From Podarcis erhardii (lineage: Eukaryota): DNA of 64,000 bases. Where the stretch lies: assembly GCA_964252035.1 (NCBI GenBank), contig OZ176205.1, one strand, 5' to 3'. Below, one piece after another: positions 23,801 to 34,100 of the stretch (within the stretch, counting starts at the first letter, position 1; each line of letters opens with the position of its first letter). The notes beneath the pieces are model-generated. The model made no database searches. It had not been told where the DNA came from and saw only the letters and a list, made by a program, of their open reading frames with translations. The position numbers and the translations under genes are program-made.

Positions 23801-25056
23801 TAACATTTATCTAGATCATCAGCCGTTCTCCTCAGCAGAAACTAGTTTGTCAGCTTCTAAGACTGTATGAACCCCCCACCCCTCACCCCATTTGCTCTGC
23901 AGTCATCATTATACTCCCACTGCTTGTTTGGGAAGTGGCAAAGCCCACATTATCCACAATCTGTATCTCTCTTGAGGTTTGTTATGAAATAAATACTGTG
24001 TTTTGGTGCATTTTCCCACACACCTGCTTTGAACCAAATTGAGAAAAAGAACCACCTAGTTGCATTTCAAGCCAGTGATGTGTACACAGCCTAACACACA
24101 TTTCTCTCCACTGCAGTGTGTCTTCTGGAAATTCTATCATGCATTTGATAAGGATATTTGATTTTATATCCCTTCCCTCCCCATTGTCATAGCTACCTCA
24201 TCCCTGTGTTGGCAAACAGGATCTCTACCCCGCCCCCCCTCCCAAGGCTAACTGTAGCATGGAGTGGGAAAAATTTTGTTGTAATCACTAAGGGGAGAAG
24301 GGTTAAATTTCACCACCACCACCCCAGCATGCTGTGTTCCCAATGAACATTGCTGCTTGGCACTTGCAATTTTTTAAAAAAACAATGTTAGAGAAACCAT
24401 TAGCATCATGTGTAGTTACAGGTAGGTAGTTGTGTTGGTCTGCCGTAGTCAAAACAATTTTTTTCAAAAAAAAATTCTTTCCAGTAGCACCTTAGAGACC
24501 AACTAAGTGTATCTGAAGAAGTGTGCATGCACACGAAAGCTCATACCAATAACAAACTTAGTTGGTCTCTAAGGTGCTACTGGAAAGGGGAAAAAATTAT
24601 TTTGTTTCATCGTGTGTAGTTAGGCTCCTAGAAACATAAGAAGTTTCATTAGAGTAGGCCAGACTATTGGTCTATCTGGCCTGGAACTGTCCAAAAGTGA
24701 AGAAGCATTTCACATCATGCACTACCTGATTTTCTTAGCACACTGAAGAAAGGCCCTACAGGAGTGGTGCCTTCTCCCCTTCTGAAACTTCCCCACCCCT
24801 AAAGACTTGAGCATGGCTATAAAACTCTTATTCCAAGCTGACTGGAGCCCTGGAGAGAAGCACAACCCGTGACAGGCTGTGGTGACTTACTGGCCATTTC
24901 TTACAGCTTGTGCTTGTACAAACACTTGTATTAATCTCTATGACCACAGTTCTATTTGCCATGCACTTGCTTCCTCTCATCTCACAGTCCAGATGACTTT
25001 GGGTATTTGTGGTTACAATTGTCGCCCTATTCAGCTTGAAGACTTATGCAAGCTTC

Positions 25057-25100
<44 letters not shown>

Positions 25101-28100
25101 TTTCTCTCCTCACACAGAGGCTGATCTATTGGCTGAAACAGCTCAGGACATCTTCTGCTTTTCTCGCACCTTTGAGGATCTCACTTGCTTTTGGGATGAA
25201 CCAGCACACGTGGATGGGGCATATCGGCGCTTCTTCTATACATACAAAGGGTGAGAGGTTTTTATACATGGCTATGATCCATAGTCCAGGCTGCCTGGAA
25301 GGTTTCCAGTAGAAGAATACTGCAGCTCCTTGAGGTTTCCCACTGCCCACTCTCTTCATCTCCACAGAGACAGAAGCCGAGAATGCACTCTGCGGTCAGC
25401 AAAGCACAGTGATGGAGGTTGGCGCCATGTCTGTATCTTCCCCAGGAACCATCAGGATATTCTGCTCTTTGCAGAACTCCACGTCGAGGTGTTAGACACC
25501 ATTAGTAATCACACCACTCGCTCTCAGGATCTCTCAGTGGCGTCTGTTGGTAAGCCTTCCTTCAGATTTGAGAAGCAAGGAAATGTGGCGTGACATTAAA
25601 AACAATTTTTAAACACTTAACAATCACAAAACGTGATGGCTCCTGAAAATATGTATCTCAGGTGTCATCCTTAGGACATGGTCCTAAATCCCACCCACCA
25701 CTGGCAGGGCTTGTTGAGTGGTACAGCCATCACTGCATCAGGATTCCACCACTCACATATACCATTAGCAAACTTCCTGTCTGCACACCAGTGGCGTAGC
25801 GTGGGGGGTGCAGGGGGGGCTGGCCACACCGGGCGCAACATCTGGGGGTTAGGGTTAGGGGGCGCAAATCCACGGGTTAGGGGGCGCAAATCCACGGGTT
25901 AGGGGGGGCAAATTACTTGCCTTGCCCCGGGTGCTGACAACCCACGCTACGCCACTGCTGCACACACATTTAGAGGGCAAAAGGGGGAGAGTCGAGTGAA
26001 GGGACACCTCTGCCTAATCCAGCCCCCAGCCTGGCAAACAACAACAACAACCCACTGTACTGAGGATGAGGCCATATGTATCTCCCTGGGAAGGAAGTTC
26101 AAAGGGGTGGGGCACTGGCACCTGCCAGCCAAACAACTCTTGCTGGTGGATCAGGGAGCAGAGCCTGCCCTAAGGATCTCACAGTAAAATCTGAGCATGA
26201 GGAGGAAAGCCAGAGGCAAAGGGAAGGGTGGACAAAGTGGAGGTCACATAAATAAGAAATGAAGTTACACCTACTTAAGCTTCACACTTGAGGATGTGAC
26301 ACCATCAAATTCTTGCAAACTTTCATTTCTACATTTGGCTCTGTCCATATGGCTGCCCTTTTCCTAGAGGCTAAGAAGTAGTGCATCCGGCCAGAATGCG
26401 GATGCCTAGATTGACATACCTGTCCCATACCACCAGTGCTTGCCCTTGCTAGCTGGAGAACTGCAGCCCACCTTTCTGCTGCTTTGTTGTTGCGTGCTGC
26501 AGTCCCAAGAAAGCAACCTTGCAGCAGACGCAGCCAAGTCCCCAGCATTCTTGCTTGCCTCTGCAGATTCCTGCACTCCCAGTTGTGACTACCACACAGA
26601 GAAGCATTCCACTGTAAATATACTGCATATACAGGAGAAATGTAACAAATCCACATATTATGTATTTATTAGAATACTACTTGGGGATTTACTGTTGCTT
26701 CAGAGATTGCAACAATGGTAATATTTACTGCACCACTTAAGTGTTGAAATTATATCTTCATCTGTCTTTGTTTGTAAATCCCATAGTTTTCTATCTACGT
26801 TTGTAAATCCCACAATTGTCTATCTATGCTTAGGTCTGATTGCTCCACCAATGAATGTAACAGTGGTGTGGCCTGGAGTGGCACGACAGTTGCACGTAGC
26901 CTGGACCCCCCCACCTTTCCACTATGCAGACTTCTTGGCCTATGAGGTTCTTTACAGTGCTGAAGGCTCCACAGAGCCACCATCCAGGGTATGGCTTATA
27001 TGGGGCAGGGGAGGTTGTGGTGTATGACACCTGCAGGGCAGATGGCTGTGTCTAAAACTCTAAGCAGGACACCAAGCTCTGTGGCTATCAAATAGGGGTG
27101 AAGGAGCAGTTCAATGCAGTTTGCATTTATAGGTGAGCCTACTTATTTTGCACATTCTGCAACACTACACGAACCTTTGAACTCTACAATTCTATGATCC
27201 TATGAAAACACAGACAACCTTCCAAATTCAGAATTCTCTGAATTTTGCAGTGCAGTTCTCCAGCCAAATAGTGTGTACAAAAACAAATATACTAGGATAA
27301 AATGTGCCTACAAATGCACATATTACTGAAAATAGCATACAAAAATGCATTAGATAAGGGAAAACACCTTTGCCAAAATGTGTGTATTATGCAAATGAAG
27401 CAGCGTAAAAGGGGAGAAATTTGCAGTAAAATGTTGCTAAATTTTCATGAGCACTTATTGTTAAACAATTTGCAAACAGATGAGCTATCGGGGGAAACTA
27501 CTTCCACTAATCCTTACATGTGCCTGATTCCATCCCTCATAGATGGAGGTGAAGAACAGCCATACATGCCGCCTCAGAGACCTGCTCCCTGGGCACTGCT
27601 ACCACATCCAAGTGCGCACCAAGCCTGATGGCCTCTCTCTGGATGGGCTCTGGGGACCATGGTCTCCAGTAGTATTAGCAGAGACACCCCATCTCCCTGG
27701 TAAGGGTCCTGTTGTTTGGTAAACAGTTGTCATGGGGATCTTAGTTGCATTACTTTCGAACAATGCACTATGACTGCATACATATTGTTACACGCCACCC
27801 CAATCTCCAAGCAGTGTGAGTTTCAAGTTGTTTCAGGTGCTTACCCGGGGTTTGGTTTCCTCAGAATGAGGGACATTGGAGACTGTAGTGTCTTTAGGAT
27901 ACATGGTTTAGTTATTCTTTCTATATAGCTCTGTTTCTCCATAATAACTTATTTGGACTAGTGCCTAGATGTAGAGGTGAAACGGAAGCGAGGGGGAGGT
28001 GAGGTTGAATCCTTGCAAGATGAAAGCACTGTGGGTGAGTGGTTCTCATGTTAATTGCCTACCCTGGATGGGGTTGCATTCCCCCTGGAGGAGCAAGTTC

Positions 28101-31100
28101 ACAGTCTGTGGGTTCTTCTCAATCTAGCTTTGTCATTGGGAGTCCAGGTAGCCCCAATGGCTAGAAGTGCCTTTTATCAGCTGCAATTGGAATGGCAGGT
28201 GTGACCATTCCTTGACTGGGAAAGCTTGGTAACAGTAGTTAATGTACTGGTTACTTCAAGACTGGAATTCCATATTGCACTCTATGTGGGGCCTCCCTTG
28301 TGCTTAATTCAGAAGCTACAGTTAGTACAGAGTGTTGTGGTACAATTGCTGGCAGGAAACTCTCCTCAGAGAGATCTGCACTGGTAGCCAATTTGCTGCC
28401 AGGCGATGTCCAAAGCGTTACTGTTAGTCTATAAAGCCCTTAGCAGCTTGGGATCAGTTTACTTGCAAGATTGCCATGCCCCATACATGCCCACTCAACC
28501 ACTTCGAGCTGCGGAAATGGCATTCTTACAGGAGTTACATACCATATTTTTCCATGTATAACACGCCCCCATGTATAAGACGCCCCCTATTTTGAGGGAC
28601 TCCAAATTAAGAAAATGGGGGAAGGTGGCAAAGAGTCGTTTAAAGCAAACAAGCGTCTGTCTGTCTGCTCGCCAACAGTAGCCAGCAATCGTACACCCAA
28701 TTGCCACGCAAAAGACAATCCAAAGCAACCTTTGCTGCAGCAACCAATCACATGCCCAATTGCCACAATGGCAGCCAACCCAAACAATTTAACTCAATTC
28801 CACAGGATGCAAGGGTGGTTTTAAAAGAGGATTAGGCAAATTAATGGTGGGTAAGTCTGTCAATGATGTCCACAGTTGGAGGCAACAATGCTTCTGAATA
28901 GCAGTGGCTGGAAACCACAGGCGGGGGGGAGGCCTCTGTGGCCCAGATCCTGCTTGTGGGTTCCCCACAGGCATCTGGTTGGCCACTATGGGAACAGGTT
29001 GCTGTGTTAGATGGACTACTGGGCTGATCCTGCAGACATTACCAGTTTTTATGTGGTAACACTAGGTAATATGAAATGCTTCCAAGAAGCACTTGTTAAA
29101 TCTTCAAAGCTTTATTGCTTTACAATAAAGAGCAAACACCAGAATATGCCAATCACAAAAAAGAAATGCTTATTAAACTATGAAAGGTAATATATGAAAT
29201 GAATCCAGGAGATGCTTGTTGAATTATGAAAGGTAATAAGCACCTGGACTAATTAAAACAGCATACGTCTCCCTTGCAAAATAAGAGGTGGAGAGCAATA
29301 GGAGTATCTAATTGAATCTTCACTGACTTCCTCAGAGGAAGGTAAATCTCACTGCTGTTGTAATCTGTATTTTGACCCAATAGTTTTTCATTAGATTTCT
29401 ATCCCACTCTTCCTCCCCAAGGAGATCTGGGCAGCTCCTTTTAAGAAATAGAACCCCATGAAAAGAAGTGTCCAGGCACCAGAATTCCTAGAGGCATATA
29501 TCTGAGCACCTGTTGCCATCAGGGTGGAACCTATGCCTTCCCCACCGTGTTTTTGCCATCTCTTTGTATTGTAAATAGTTGTTTCACCAATGCTGACATA
29601 AATTGATATGTGCAAAAAGCAGCAACCATTTATTTCCGTCAGGGAGGTGGTAGTGGCAGTAGTAGCTGATCTCTAGTAAGGCAAGGGGAGCTGAGGTGGC
29701 CTTGGTAGGAGCAGGGGCCTGAGGAAAGAGGAGCAGACTGAGAGGGAGGAAAAGGCCATCCATCTTGGGTGTGCCACAGTGGCCAGGTGAAGGCCAGGAT
29801 CTGTCTTTAATGTGAGGGTGCAGAGGATGTCCATGTGTTGTCTATGAAGGCAGGGTGGTGTGGAGGCAGAGGACTGGTTTGGGAAGAAATGGGTAGAGGC
29901 AGGAACCAGTAGCAAGCAAGCAAGCAAGCAAGCAAGATCTTCACTGTTGCAACAGAGTCCCCCACCCCTGTCCCGCTGCAGGAAGGTAAGGACCTAGAAC
30001 AAAAATGTATAACAGCTTTTAAAGGCTTTAGAAATTGCACAACCCCTTAGCCAAAGACCACCCAAAAGCATCATACAACCGTCACAGAAACAGGTGGTCT
30101 ACAACATAAATTTGAGAGTTTGGCTTGTCTCCTGTTTCTCAAGATACCAGATAATGTTTGCTGACTTGCATTATCTTTGCCAGTTGGGGCCATCTTGTGA
30201 AATAGTATGTACCCTAGTTTCTGAAACCATTGTCACAGACCTCTCCCCTATTCATAAACAAAGTGTGCTCTTTTGAGTGAATTTGAAGGATTTGTAAGTG
30301 AAAAGAACCATTGGGGAAGGTTTTTCCATGGTATTTCCTTCTGCAGAGAAATATTTGGGGTCTGAAATATCTCAGGTATGTGGTTTATGTACTTAAGTTT
30401 TATTTATGACACCTTAGAATTCTTATGACAATTCCACATTGTATTTAAAAGATGCTGTCTTACTCCTGATTCCTCTCACTCTCTGTTCTGCCAAGAGGAA
30501 ATTGGCCTGCAGTGCTTCACTCCTGACCTACGCCAATTGCGCTGCTGGTGGAAGTGGGAGACCACAGAACCTGGCCCCTCTCAAAGCATATTGTACTGGG
30601 CAGAAGAGAACAGCAGAAATTCAAGGTGACACAACAACACCCCGTCCCCAAATCCTGGGCTGTGCTGCCGTAGTTATGATTGCTGGTGTCCACTGTTCAT
30701 CCTCCAAAACACCCCTGCCTCCCCCTCAACTCTCACATGTCCACAATAGGCAAAGCTCTGAATCAGCATTGTCTATGAAGTCACCCAAGGCTGCCCCCAA
30801 ATATTCATATCATCTAGTCCAACCCCATACCAAGCAGGGAAATGAGGTGGGTCACTTTTGCCTATGTTGTCTTGCACATGTCCGGGGACTTTCTTTTTTA
30901 AAGATGGGTATGCAAGTACCTGTGTAAGAAGTAAAAAGGTACTGGAGGCAGGGGAGGAAGAATGATTGAGAGGAGAGACAAAAAAGAAATCCTGGGTATT
31001 TTTCATCAGGCTCTGCCCATTAATGCATACAGCAAGCACCAAAATAGCAATGAATCTATTGACTGGGAGGAAACTGGAGTGTGCGGGCATTTGTGAGCCA

Positions 31101-34100
31101 ACCATACATGCAAAAAGAAAAAATGAGCTTCAAATGACCTGTTTGCAAGATAATGCCTCTGTGTGGACATAGCTTCTGTTGATATAGCTGACTCCATCCT
31201 CACTCTTGGTTTCCAGAATGCAAACCTGGCAGAAGTGTGAGGGGAAAGAAGAGGAGATTAAGCCCCACTATGACCGCCATAACCAAACATGCACCTTCCA
31301 GCCTAGCAACACAAGTTATATCTCTGTCCTGGTGATTCTCAGCCAGGGACAGCAAGAAGTCAACTACTTGAAAGAGCCATTCCAACTGCACCATGTTGGT
31401 AAGAATCTCCAACATGTCTGGGCCACGGCACCATGGCTGCTGTCAGTCTGCATTTTGGGGGTAGCAAACTGTCCTGAAGAGCAGGAGCATCAGGCGGTGT
31501 ATAGTGCTGTTTGCACTGCATTGGGCCTCTGCCGCTTCTGCAAACTGAGCTGACTTGACCAGCCATCTCTCTCCCTCTGATTACAGTACTCACTGCTCCA
31601 CCAAGCATCCTGCAAGTCACTGTAGACAGAGGTGTGCTAAAGCTGGAGTGGGCACCACCACTGGAAGAATTAGCTGAACATATGGTGTATCAGATACAGT
31701 ATGCAGAACAAGACATCTCAAAATGGAAGGTAATATAAAAATGTATGAGGAATGCATGAGAGAGTATTAGGACCACACATCTATTGCATTAGATACCCTT
31801 TTTTCCCCTTTCAGTACTAGAGCACAACTGGAAACATAAGGGAAGTGCCTTTGATAAAAACACATAGCTTTTCCCAGGAAACACTCCCTGGCAACAGCTG
31901 AAAAAAGGAAAGGAAAGAAAGGCTAATCCAGTTGCAGGCTGCATTAATAGAGCCATAGTTTCCAAAATGAGAAGCAATAGCTCCACTTTATTTTGCACCA
32001 GGACCTCATCTGGATTACTGTGTGCAGTGCTGGGCTCCTCACTTTTAAGCTATAGACAAAATGTAATGAGTTCAGTGGAAGGCACTGAATCAGTGTCAAT
32101 AGCATGAATTATGCTCCACCCCCAGCCATCACCATTGGTCTAGGAGACAAGCACAAGCTGAAGGGATGTGTGTCATTGTTGGAATGTTCAGTCACCAAAC
32201 TGATCTCTGTTTATACATGTCCTGAGGCATGTGAGACCACAGAAAAGAGCTAAGACTATAAAACAGCTTTTATAGAACATGTTATTTTTGCAGCTCAGAT
32301 AGAGTGGCTATGGGGTTCTGACCCAGTTCTTCTGAAGTAGCCAATTATATATCAAGGAGCTCACCTGATCCTGCCTCACCCAACAGGGCCCAAACTTCCA
32401 TCTTCCAGTCTATGGTGCCCCTAGTCTTTCACTCAGTTCCTCCAGACTGTTCAGTGTTTTGGGGTGAGATGCAATCACATACTGGCAAAATCAAGTTGCA
32501 CAGTTCAAGTGAATTTGGTGTGCTGGAAAGGGTGGGCTAACAGTTGTTTGATACAGTGTCATCTGACCTCTCTGCAAACAAATTGGGATGAATATTCAAT
32601 AAATAGCTAATATCATCTAACCTCCATGTAAATCACTGATCTTCAACTGGTAGGTCAGGACCCTGCGGTTCAGCCTTTCTCAATGTTCTCAAAGATGTTG
32701 AACTACAATTCCTATGATTCCTAGCCAGTGTGGCCAATGGTCAAGGATGAGGGGAGTTGTAGTTCAAGAACATCTGAGGACTCAAGGTTGAGAAAGGCTG
32801 CTTTAGTTGACAATGGACTGATCTAAGGTGGGTCACAACAAGAGCACTCCCACCATGCAAATATATGGCAAAAGATTAAGAAATGGGTTCTCAAATGCAT
32901 TTTGGGGTTAAAAGTGGATCCTGAGTCTGATAAGGTTGAAGATACTTGCTGTAAACAATTCAGAGAGAATGCTAAATAAACAGGTTGTCTGGAAGCAACC
33001 CAGGTCAATTATCTTTTATAATTCCACTGCTCCATTTTGTCATTAAAAAGCCTTTGATCAACATGCCAGGCTTTTCCAAAGAGGTTTGTGAACTTTCTGA
33101 TACAATTGCCCTCAATCCTTGTAGAGCTGTCTTCTGGCAGCAGGATTTCTGGCAAGTTCATGATAAAACCAAAAGATGCTGCTTTTTTTTTTTTTTTTTT
33201 TTTGCACTAGTTGCAATTTGTGGACCATCTTCAAGGGCAGTGTCACATCCCATACTGCCATATCTGGATTATGAATTCAAGGCAATCAGCCAGATGGGAA
33301 AAGTTTAAACAAAGGGACTTAAAGATGCTACATCCTCCAGTTTTTCAACACAAACAAAGCCTTTCACAAAGTGGGGGAGTGAGTGTGAGAAAGAGACCCA
33401 TGTTAGAAGTTTCTACTGGGATCAGATGAGTGATGCTTGAGGACCAGCAAATACAGAGCAAAAGCAGTCTCACAGCTCTGACCCAGATAGCACAACTGCT
33501 CTAGGTTCTGGATGTGAATCTAACCAGCTAAGCACACCTAATGGGGCTATTCTCTGGACAGACTCTGCAGGTGCAGTACTCAAACAGCAGTGAAATTCAT
33601 CTGGCAGCCGGGGGCCACTGCTGCCTTCAGCTTCGTGCTCAGCCAGATGGACAGAAGTTCCAAGGGAACTGGAGTGTGTGGTCAGAACATGTGTGCACTG
33701 ATGTCCCACCTGATTCAGGTAAGAGACCACAAATAGAAATGTAGGGTTGGATACAGGCAGTGTTTTTTTCTAAAAAGAAATGTTTAGGGGTACTCTCATT
33801 TTCCTACTCATATTGAAATACTGCCCCTCAAAGAGGCCAAACTTAAATTCACAAAACGTTTAGGGTTATGCGTACCTCTGCATCCCCTGAGGCCCAAATG
33901 GGCATTTAGAAAAGAGCTGACATAGTGTGGTAACACAGCTTCACCCTTTGTATCTTCCCTAGGTTCAACCATCTTAAATGTGACACCTGCTCTGTTGCTC
34001 TGTGCAGGGCTTGTATTGGGGCTGGGCTGCATCTTCCTGTCCATTCACAGGTAAATTTACATCATCTAGCATTCACCTTCAATACTTAGTTTTATTTTGG

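Noticed and set aside
25849-25905. TTAGGG repeats as a chromosome fusion scar
   Set aside because: Enclosed by transposon TIRs and TSD, so they arrived with the MITE
29677-29991. Strong orphan donor AAG|GTAAGG at 29985/29986 in MPL intron 5, a possible cassette exon
   Set aside because: No convincing acceptor gives an open in-frame exon, and MPL is complete without it
30439-30927. 162-aa + strand ORF
   Set aside because: Alternative-frame shadow of MPL exon 6 running into intron
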